Below are positions 1-8,017 of a stretch of DNA of 64,000 bases, piece after piece. The translations under genes were made by a program, and so were the position numbers. Position 1 is the first letter of the stretch, and every line of letters begins with the position of its first letter. The notes under the pieces were generated by a model. It had not been told where the DNA came from. It ran no database searches and was given only the letters and a program-made list of their open reading frames with translations. This DNA is from Bdellovibrionota bacterium (GTDB taxonomy: Bacteria > Bdellovibrionota_C > UBA2361 > JBIKUX01): positions 1-64,000 of the forward strand of contig JBIKUX010000011.1 of assembly GCA_044347345.1 (NCBI GenBank), given 5' to 3'.

Positions 1-127
1 AAGATGGTTGCAGTATCTACTCGCAATCGCGAATCTCCAAGACTTAATAACCTACTGCCGTTATTTAGTAGTAATTTTTCCTCTGAAGGAGAAAAATCCC
101 CTTCGGGACCAATAACTAAAGATATTT
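1..127. repeat. Direct repeat copy 1: exact duplicate of 3474..3600 (3' part of rsmE), truncated by the window edge
   Basis: Base-by-base identity from aagatggttgcag to actaaagatattt; the copies diverge at 128 (gtttag) versus 3601 (ctttac). Confidence 0.97.
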
Positions 128-762
128 GTTTAGATGCGAGTCTTGGGATCTTATAACTGATCAGCATATATCGATATGTTAGAATTCTCCCGTAAGCGCT
201 AGCCTCATCGCATCCACTAAGACGCTACTATGCAAGTAGCTGCCCTCCATTGAGATATTTAAAAATCACTAAGTGGGATTCCTTATAGACTAATGATAAG
301 TGGCGTTGTGTGTTGCTACTTTTTACAAAAAGAGTAGAGACTTACATTCATATTATTTAGTTAGACCTAATCGTAAAAGTAAACTGTAGTAACAGGATTA
401 TGCATGAAGGTAATTTTATACTAAAAAGGTTAAGGTAATAAATACCAATCGCAAGCATAAGATAACGGTGGCTCAAAATAAGCTTAACCTTAATCTAGAG
501 TTTAAATTTAGCAATCACTACTTACATAAAATTATTTACGCTCTCTTTGCGATAATTCCTATTTAAAGCCACGCCTACCTCGTACTGCTCGTACTTTAGT
601 ACTCATTAATCAGTGTTCTTACACCCCTGCACTAGTACCACCACCATCACTACTACTGCCCTCCTGAATCTTTAAGTATCTACTTACACTATTAAGTATA
701 AAGAGCTTCAAATATGCGTGACCTCACGTTGTAGCAGATTAGGGTTAAACTAGTTTTTTCTT

Positions 763-2019
763 TTAGAATAGAGTTAACTGCTCTGTTTTGAAGAAGTCTC
801 TGTAATTGACGGCTTCCATATCGCGAGCTTGGCTTTTGTTTAACATGTGGATTAGGCATCTGCCGATATGATACCCCATATTTACGGGAACCGCATTGCC
901 GATCTGGCGATACTGAGAAGTAATCGAGCCAGAGAACTCCCAGCGATCTGGAAAAGTTTGTAATCTGGCGTATTCTCTAATTGTTAGGGGTCGTGTCTCG
1001 CCCGGATGACAGCGTTCCGTTTGCGTCTGAGCAGGCGCGCACGTTAAAGTTAGGCTAGGCTCATCCCATGAAAGCCTTCTAGCCATACCTGTTTTACCGC
1101 CGCTTAAATGATAACTCCCTTTCATATATTCTTTTTGTAATTTCACCGGCAAATCTCTCCAATATCCACCAGCGGGCACTAGATCTAATATCTTTCTCTT
1201 GTTTTCGGAGTAAGTTTGGCCGAGCGACGGAGGGCAGTTTTCCAACGCTTCCTTTAAAGATATCGTGTAATCTCTTTCAACTGGGAATAGAATCGGCAGA
1301 TTAAGATCTTGCCGCACTCCTATAATAATTAGACGCTCTCTTTTTTGAGGAACATCCAAGTACTGCGCTCTTAGGATCCTGTAGGCGACATTATATCCGA
1401 GGTCTCTCAAGATTTTAAGAATAGTCTGAAAAGTTTTACCTCCTTCGTGATTTAAGAGACCTCTTACATTTTCCCCTACTACAATTTTTGGCTTTACTAT
1501 GTTGATACACCGAGCCATTTCGAAGAAAAGGGTTCCTCTAATATCATTAAAGCCTCTTTGGTTTCCAGCATAGCTAAAAGCTTGGCAAGGGAATCCACCT
1601 TGCACGATGTCTGCTTTAAGGCCTCTAAATTCAAGCTCTCTTACATCCTCATGAATGACATTTGCCCCCGTGAAGTTGCCTCGCAAAGTTGCTACTGCAT
1701 CTTTGTCATACTCATTCAATAGTACATGCTCTATTCCGGCATTCTCCATGCCTAATGCAGTACCTCCTGCGCCGGCAAAAAGCTCAATGCAGGTATAACC
1801 TGATTTGGTCTTCTGACTTAAAACTTTAAACTTATTTTCCGAATGTTTGCCACTATACTTCTTGTGCAGTCTTTCGAGCTCTTCAAATGAAAATAGTCGA
1901 TGATTTAACTCAGATCTTCGACTTCTTATTAAGCCCTTTTTTTCCCATCTTTTGATTGTGTCAACTGATACACCTAGATGCTCTGCTGCTTCTGCCACTG
2001 CTAATAATTTTTTCTTCAT
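763..2019 (-). CDS. dcm: DNA (cytosine-5) methyltransferase with N-terminal MerR-type HTH; M.Sau96I/M.Eco47II-like (probably GGNCC or GGWCC)
   Basis: Motif I FAGAGG, motif IV GFPCQAFS, motif VI ENV, motif VIII QKRER, motifs IX-X RPLTIREYARLQTFPD..IGNAVP. N-terminal AEAAEHLGVSVDTIKRWE HTH. Specificity inferred from recalled family resemblance of the TRD. Confidence 0.95.
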   Translation of the reverse strand: MKKKLLAVAEAAEHLGVSVDTIKRWEKKGLIRSRRSELNHRLFSFEELERLHKKYSGKHSENKFKVLSQKTKSGYTCIELFAGAGGTALGMENAGIEHVLLNEYDKDAVATLRGNFTGANVIHEDVRELEFRGLKADIVQGGFPCQAFSYAGNQRGFNDIRGTLFFEMARCINIVKPKIVVGENVRGLLNHEGGKTFQTILKILRDLGYNVAYRILRAQYLDVPQKRERLIIIGVRQDLNLPILFPVERDYTISLKEALENCPPSLGQTYSENKRKILDLVPAGGYWRDLPVKLQKEYMKGSYHLSGGKTGMARRLSWDEPSLTLTCAPAQTQTERCHPGETRPLTIREYARLQTFPDRWEFSGSITSQYRQIGNAVPVNMGYHIGRCLIHMLNKSQARDMEAVNYRDFFKTEQLTLF

Positions 2020-2030
2020 AAAGATTTTTT

Positions 2031-2065
2031 ATCAATAACCCTTGCATGGGGCAAGGGTTATTGAT
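2031..2065. promoter_or_regulatory. Perfect 15 bp inverted repeat; putative autoregulatory operator of the methyltransferase
   Basis: atcaataacccttgc-atggg-gcaagggttattgat, located 12-46 bp upstream of the MTase ATG in the divergent M/R intergenic region. Confidence 0.75.
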
Positions 2066-2280
2066 TTTGTATTCAAAGCACTTTTTTTCTAAGTCTTAGA
2101 CCTTCTCATAAGCAAAGTATCTGGTTTCTTTGGTGCGGTTGAAAAATTCTACGCCACTAATACTGACGAGGCCTTTGTCGTAAATGAATAGAATTTACTG
2201 CTCTGAAATTGGCTTAGCGAATCTATAGCTTTAAATAAGTAAACCTGTGTGCTAGCTGAGCATATTCCGAATAGACTAAT

Positions 2281-3111
2281 TTGTGTGAATATGGTTACTT
2301 AGCTTTAATGAGATCTGAAATTAAATTAACAGCTATTATTAAAGACACTGTTAGGAAGAGCATCTTAGATTACGCAGAGAGGTCTTTGCACAAAAAAGCC
2401 AAATTTCAGATTCTTGATCTAATTATCCCAAAAGAGAGAAAAATCAGGTCGATTGTTGGGGGTCTGGAAACATCGCTAGGTACTACCCTCTGGGAGCCCT
2501 TGGCTAAAGCACTCGCTAAAAACAATGGCTTTCTTGTCAAGGAGGAAAATCTAGAAGCTCCAGCTAATATGCCAGCTAATCTAGGTAATGTTTTGGCTAA
2601 TATAATCTCTGAGCGTGAACGAAGAAGCGGTGTATACGATGCGGAAAAGAGCCATGTTGAAATAAGAGAAACTTGCCAGATTTTTCAAAATTCGCGACGA
2701 ATAGAGATGTTCGTGCCTGCTCCTAAAGGATACGGAGTGGACATATGGCTAGTTAAGGACGGTATCAACTACTTCTTTGATACTAAAACTGTTCAGCCCA
2801 ACCTTGGGGCATTTACAAACTGCATGAAACAAGTTCTCCACTGGTATGCTTATTTCTACTGCAAACATCCTGATGAGAGAGCTGAGGCGAGGATTGTTTT
2901 CCCCTATAATCCGCACAGGATTGACTTCTGGGATGGTTCAATTGCACAAGGATTGCCCCTAGAAAAGAATAAAGAGGGATGGGTTGAGAATGAATTTTGG
3001 AACTTTTGCTCGGGTCATAACGACACCTACTTGTTAATTAAAAACTCCTTCAAAGAGCTACATGAGTCTAAAGAATTAGAATATGATTTAGAAAGACTTC
3101 TGGCTCGTTAG
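2281..3111 (+). CDS. Type II restriction endonuclease, TdeIII/HgiCII-like PD-(D/E)xK family (likely start ATG 2308)
   Basis: Divergent from the C5 MTase. Contains RSIVGGLETSLGT..WE, VDIWL..FFDTK (D..DxK core) and FPYNP..EFWNF, as recalled for TdeIII-family enzymes. Confidence 0.8.
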   Translation: MCEYGYLALMRSEIKLTAIIKDTVRKSILDYAERSLHKKAKFQILDLIIPKERKIRSIVGGLETSLGTTLWEPLAKALAKNNGFLVKEENLEAPANMPANLGNVLANIISERERRSGVYDAEKSHVEIRETCQIFQNSRRIEMFVPAPKGYGVDIWLVKDGINYFFDTKTVQPNLGAFTNCMKQVLHWYAYFYCKHPDERAEARIVFPYNPHRIDFWDGSIAQGLPLEKNKEGWVENEFWNFCSGHNDTYLLIKNSFKELHESKELEYDLERLLAR

Positions 3112-3418
3112 ATTAGTGCGATAAATCTAACTTGACTTGTACACTTTCCGGATATGATACGGTGATATCTTACCATAAGTGACTGAGGTATTTTGCAGTT
3201 TCTTTGATAGATATCCCGTTCTGACCGATTATAATTCCATGATGGCATCACATTCATGTGGCAACTGGTTTAAAAGACTGAGGAGATGACTTCTTGCATC
3301 GGTTGGCGACCTTAGCTGTTCAGTAAGGATCGTGTAAGTAACCATTCCGTGTAGAGCATCTGGTTTTATCCTTTGGTAAATCATAGGATGTTTTTGTAAA
3401 TACGGAAAAGTGAGGGAG

Positions 3419-4264
3419 TTAAGTTTGATTATTTGTTAATGCTTGTGAGGCTCCGGCGAGTACTCCTAGAGCGAAGATGGTTGCAGTATCTACTCGCAAT
3501 CGCGAATCTCCAAGACTTAATAACCTACTGCCGTTATTTAGTAGTAATTTTTCCTCTGAAGGAGAAAAATCCCCTTCGGGACCAATAACTAAAGATATTT
3601 CTTTACCATAAACAGGAATTTTTTCTTGATTATGGATAATTCTAAGTAAATCGATAGGTGATTTAGCTTCTGGAGACAAAGAGCACGTAATTAAGATAGT
3701 GTCTTTTGGATGATAGGTTTCAATAGCATTAGAAAGAGATGGAGAGAAATAAGCGGTAGGTATTTTGTTTTGTAAAGATTGTTTAGCGGCTTGAGACGCA
3801 AGGCTACGCCACCTAGACTCTTTGTGAATAATATTACTATCGCTAATCTTTGGGATGCTACGGTCGCCGTGCCAAGTTATTATTGTTTGGCAACCGAGTT
3901 CTGTGGCTTTCTCTATTAAAAACTCATTAATCTTACCCTTGCATAGCGCGACAAATAACCGAGTTACTATAAAAGCTGCTTGATTATTAGGCTTAACTTG
4001 ACTGGCAATGCTAGCTTGGTAATTTATCTCCACACACCAATAAGACTTTCTTGAGTCTCTTTTTAATATTCCACTAAATCGTTTATGAGAAATAGGATCA
4101 ACAACCTCGACTAAATCTCCCTCACTTAAACGAGTAACGTTTATTAAGTGATGAGTTGATTTAGAATCAAGCGGTATCGTTATACTTTGAACACCGTCTA
4201 CATTTTGTACGTTTTCTGCTGAACAAGCAGGAACAGAGCAAAATACTTGCACTCTGTGAGCCAT
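3419..4264 (-). CDS. rsmE: 16S rRNA m3U1498 methyltransferase RsmE
   Basis: HHLINVTRL, EKATELG, AAKQS, IGPEGDFS, SLG..RLRVDTA SPOUT motifs. Confidence 0.93.
   Translation of the reverse strand: MAHRVQVFCSVPACSAENVQNVDGVQSITIPLDSKSTHHLINVTRLSEGDLVEVVDPISHKRFSGILKRDSRKSYWCVEINYQASIASQVKPNNQAAFIVTRLFVALCKGKINEFLIEKATELGCQTIITWHGDRSIPKISDSNIIHKESRWRSLASQAAKQSLQNKIPTAYFSPSLSNAIETYHPKDTILITCSLSPEAKSPIDLLRIIHNQEKIPVYGKEISLVIGPEGDFSPSEEKLLLNNGSRLLSLGDSRLRVDTATIFALGVLAGASQALTNNQT
3474..3600. repeat. Direct repeat copy 2, within the rsmE 3' end
   Basis: Identical to 1..127. Confidence 0.97.
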
Positions 4265-4347
4265 AACAAATAATTATTTATCCGACGGCAAGTATTTTAC
4301 TCAAGTCTTTTGGTTAGAGATCTAGATATAGTAGATGTATTTGCGAG

Positions 4348-4962
4348 CTAAGCTACCTTACGGGCTCCAACTAATTGTTCAAGCCTACGACGAACAGTAG
4401 CTAATTTATCAAGCCCGACAAAACGATCATTTCCAATAACTATTGTAGGAGTGTCGAATACACCGAACTTTTTCCCTCGCTTATATATTCCTTTAACACG
4501 TTCGCGGGTATCAGAGGATGATACCTTGCTTAAAAACTCGCCGAGATCTATGTCGAGATCTTCACAAAGCTCGGACATAAATTCATCACTGTTAGGGTTT
4601 TCTCCAAGCCCCCAACATTTGTGAAATACTTTGTAATTATACTCCATCAAAACATCAAGGTCTAAGGCTACTACAGCCCCACGAGTTATACGCCCTGGAT
4701 CAAATTCATTTTGTGGCCAATCGTCTGGATAAACCAACGGTAGATTTTGCTCGTCAGCATAACGCTTAGTATCCTCAAAAAGATAAGATAACTTTTCTGG
4801 AATAACTGGTGTTACTGGTATCTGCTGACCTGCCGCTTTAGCTGAAAATGGCTGCCAAATAAACTCTGCATCAAAAGATCGAATGATCTCATACAGAGAG
4901 TCAAGCGCGAGATAGGCATAAGGGCTTTGAAAAGAATAATAAATCTCAACTGTTGTACTCAT
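4348..4962 (-). CDS. DsbA-like / 2-hydroxychromene-2-carboxylate isomerase (GST-kappa) family protein
   Basis: YYSFQSPYAYL N-terminal motif; GVFDTPT..F.G.D C-terminal motif. Confidence 0.85.
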   Translation of the reverse strand: MSTTVEIYYSFQSPYAYLALDSLYEIIRSFDAEFIWQPFSAKAAGQQIPVTPVIPEKLSYLFEDTKRYADEQNLPLVYPDDWPQNEFDPGRITRGAVVALDLDVLMEYNYKVFHKCWGLGENPNSDEFMSELCEDLDIDLGEFLSKVSSSDTRERVKGIYKRGKKFGVFDTPTIVIGNDRFVGLDKLATVRRRLEQLVGARKVA

Positions 4963-5466
4963 GTGACATACCTTTTAAAGGACCACCTATTTTTAAGCCT
5001 TTAACGCCTTTTGATTTTACAGAAAATGTGAATCAATTTTTGGATTTCGTCAAAAACTCTCGTAATTACAATTACATTAAAATACTAATACTTTACTTTA
5101 AAGTACGAGTTTACTTTCCAGTATGCACTCTACTTTTTTGTAGAGTGTTTTTAAAAATAACCTAAACTCTCTTTTGCTGTGCGAATAGAAGTTTATTTAT
5201 AAAACTTTATCACTTCAAACAACTCTAAATATAGGTCTTATTAAGGATTCCTTTCCCAAGATTTTTTCTCAAGCTTTTTTCCACAAGATTCTTTCGTTTC
5301 TAGGTTGAACAAGAGCTTTTAAGTGAAGAAAAGTTCCCGTACTCTTGTACCAAGCCTAACACACCTCTTATTCTGTTGCTAATAATTCATGATTAAGTGA
5401 ATAGGTGCTTTTAAAGAGCAAAAAAGTATGACAGATATTTACTCGTTTTGATGGAGCAAGAATTGT

Positions 5467-6360
5467 ATGAGCCTTGAACGCTTAATCGCTCCACAAACTG
5501 GGGCATCCTCCCCCCTTATCTGCATGGAGGTAAATCCTCCTCGTGGAGTCGAGATAGAACCGTTATTTAAGAGATTAGAACCTTTTAAGTCTAAAATTGA
5601 TTTTTTTAACGTAACTGATTCGGCCTTAGCCCGAATGAAATGTGCTTCACTTCCCTTTGCCTCCTTGTTAAAGCAGAGGTTTGGAATCGAACCTCTTGTA
5701 AATGTAGCTTGTCGCGACCGAAATTTAATCGCTTTGCAGGGAGATTTGCTTAGTGCTTGGATTCTTGGCATCCGTTCTGTAGTAGCTCTTACGGGAGATG
5801 CGGTAACAACAGGGGATTATCCAGGAGGTAAAAGTGTTTTTGAAGTTAATTCAGTTGGTTTGCTTGAGACAATTCGAACTCTGAATAATGGATTAGATAT
5901 CGTAGGAAATTTTTTGAAAGGCTCGCCGTCTTTTGTGTCAGGAGTAGTGGTAAATCCTAATAGCAAAAATCCTAAAGTAGAAATAAAACGATTAGCAAAG
6001 AAGGTGGCTGCCGGAGCTCAGTACGCTCTTAGCCAGCCTGTTTTTGAGGCTGAAAAGGCTGTTTCTTTTTTTTCTGAAGCTTGTAGCGTGGATGTACCAA
6101 TTCTTGTTGGCTTATTACCATTTAAAACAATAAAAGCGGGGCGCGCCATAGTACAAATCCCAGGTATTCGGCTATCACCAGATTTAACTAAGGCTGTAGA
6201 TGCGGGCAAAGAAGAGGATTTAGGAAGAATGTCTACTGACTGTTGCTTGGAGGTAGCGTCGTTATGTCGTAAACTGGTGCGGGGGTTTCACGTTATCTCG
6301 GGGGCTTCTCCTTATATGGGACTTGAGCTAGTAGAAAAGCTTAAAAACAGGTTAGGGTGA
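5467..6360 (+). CDS. metF: Methylenetetrahydrofolate reductase family flavoprotein
   Basis: EVNPP, NVTD, CRDRN..ALQ, ALTGD, KKVAAGA..SQPVF motifs. Confidence 0.85.
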   Translation: MSLERLIAPQTGASSPLICMEVNPPRGVEIEPLFKRLEPFKSKIDFFNVTDSALARMKCASLPFASLLKQRFGIEPLVNVACRDRNLIALQGDLLSAWILGIRSVVALTGDAVTTGDYPGGKSVFEVNSVGLLETIRTLNNGLDIVGNFLKGSPSFVSGVVVNPNSKNPKVEIKRLAKKVAAGAQYALSQPVFEAEKAVSFFSEACSVDVPILVGLLPFKTIKAGRAIVQIPGIRLSPDLTKAVDAGKEEDLGRMSTDCCLEVASLCRKLVRGFHVISGASPYMGLELVEKLKNRLG

Positions 6361-6391
6361 TGGTTGAGGAATTTAATGCAAGGATAACGTT

Positions 6392-7018
6392 ATGAAGCGG
6401 CGAGAAGAGCTCACATTTCTTGAGCGAATCTACGTAGTAGAGGTGCTAAAGGGCGTATGGTTAACCTTTGGGCGGCTCTTAAGAAATTTTATTCGACACC
6501 TTAAAAACTCGATTTGGGTTCGTGGTGATAATCAAAAATTAAAAGGAGCTGCAACGATACAGTATCCTGAGCAAATGAGAGCATATCCTGAAAGATATCG
6601 TGCTAGGCATCGATTAACCTTAAAAGAGAATGGGGATGTAAAATGCACAGCCTGTTTCTTATGTGCAACCGCATGCCCTGCAAGGTGTATTTATATAGAA
6701 CCTGCCGAGCATAGCGATTCTTCGATAGAAAAATTTCCGCATCGCTATGAAATAGATACTCTGCTGTGCATCTATTGTGGATACTGCGTTGAAGCTTGCC
6801 CGGTTGATGCAATTAGAATGGATACTGGGCTTCATCCTGAAGTGTATCCACCTGACCCCCGTTTATACATCGAGGATAAAGAGACTCTGATGGAGAGGTC
6901 TAGAATATTAGAAGATATAGGTAAGGAAGGCTTGCTTGAATTACATCGAGCGAAAATTCGGTCATTGGAGCAAGGTTCTAAGCCTCTAAGTGATGCTGTC
7001 AGAAAGATTGTGCGTTGA
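6392..7018 (+). CDS. nuoI: NADH-quinone oxidoreductase subunit I-like 2x[4Fe-4S] protein
   Basis: TIQYPE..RYRARH, CTACFLCATACP, CIYCGYCVEACPVDAI. Confidence 0.88.
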   Translation: MKRREELTFLERIYVVEVLKGVWLTFGRLLRNFIRHLKNSIWVRGDNQKLKGAATIQYPEQMRAYPERYRARHRLTLKENGDVKCTACFLCATACPARCIYIEPAEHSDSSIEKFPHRYEIDTLLCIYCGYCVEACPVDAIRMDTGLHPEVYPPDPRLYIEDKETLMERSRILEDIGKEGLLELHRAKIRSLEQGSKPLSDAVRKIVR

Positions 7019-7089
7019 TTGTAAATGATATTTGTGAGTGGTTATGGTGTGAGTGATAGTTGACCGTTAGTAATATTAATATTGGCGAC

Positions 7090-7803
7090 CTACTTAATCC
7101 GACGAAGAAAGGGATGGGGTTTTTTAGTTGAAGGTTTTTTATTGATTGATTTGTTAACAGGTTGATTGCTGTCTTGATCTACTGCGATTTTAGATTCTTT
7201 TAAAGAATCTTTAGGCTTAATTTCACTCTCTGCATTTTTAAACGAATCTAATTGAGGTATATTAACCGCTTCCGATGACGCCCCTTCCGATGACTCCGAT
7301 GACTCCGATGACACTGACGACACTGACGACACTGACGACACTGACGACTGCGATGCCTCAGATACTACTGCTAGTATAGGAGATGCTTGTGTTGACGCTG
7401 GCTCTGTTGATGATAATGGTGTTGATGATAACGGCGTAGGAGATGATTGGGTTTCCTTTTGAACTTCAGATATAAAACCGGCAAGCAGTTCTGCCGGTAC
7501 CGAATCATCCCATTGTTGGATTGTGCCACTAGCACTGGAACAAGCCCAGATGGAATCTAATGGTAAAATGCAAGTAAAATAAGCCCCGTTAAAGAGTAAG
7601 TCTGCAGATATGCCGCTATCGTTTAATGTCATAGAACCTCTAAACAAACGGCTTAATTTCAGAGTAACGGAGGGTAATTCAGTTAAATGCTTGGGAAGTG
7701 ACAAGCCTGCGCTAGATGTATTTACCTGAACTAAGATATATTCGTCGTTAAGCATCTTCTCAATGCTTTTGCGTTTTTGGCGCCTCTTAAGGTCTATTTC
7801 CAC
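7090..7803 (-). CDS. SspB-like (ClpXP adaptor) domain with long Ser-rich linker and basic C-terminal tail
   Basis: ISADLLFNG..CILPLDSIWA resembles the SspB core; C-terminal HPFLRRIK resembles the ClpX-binding tail (LRVVK). Confidence 0.65.
   Translation of the reverse strand: MEIDLKRRQKRKSIEKMLNDEYILVQVNTSSAGLSLPKHLTELPSVTLKLSRLFRGSMTLNDSGISADLLFNGAYFTCILPLDSIWACSSASGTIQQWDDSVPAELLAGFISEVQKETQSSPTPLSSTPLSSTEPASTQASPILAVVSEASQSSVSSVSSVSSVSSESSESSEGASSEAVNIPQLDSFKNAESEIKPKDSLKESKIAVDQDSNQPVNKSINKKPSTKKPHPFLRRIK
7286..7348. repeat. 9 bp tandem repeat (about 7 degenerate units) encoding SSV/SSE repeats
   Basis: gatgactcc x2 followed by ga(t/c)gacact x4 and a partial unit. Confidence 0.9.
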
Positions 7804-8017
7804 TTGTCCTCCTTCTCCCTTATAACCACTCTAAGAAAGAGTGTGTCTTGAGGCAAGTGGCAGGGTAAAAAGTTTTACTTTGGATGTTGGCGAGCGTAGA
7901 GCTTCATTTCTTTATGACAACCTAGCTATAAAGAGAGTAGAGAAATATGACTCACTTAAAGTACAGTGCTCACTCTTGTAAGAAATCCATAAAGATTACT
8001 TTTGAAATAATTATAAA

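Noticed and set aside
1-3600. Diversity-generating retroelement TR/VR pair
   Set aside because: The two copies are 100% identical with no adenine-specific differences, and no reverse transcriptase is present.
4953-5165. 70 aa plus-strand ORF
   Set aside because: TTG start, no RBS, AT-rich promoter-like DNA overlapping the start of the divergent gene.
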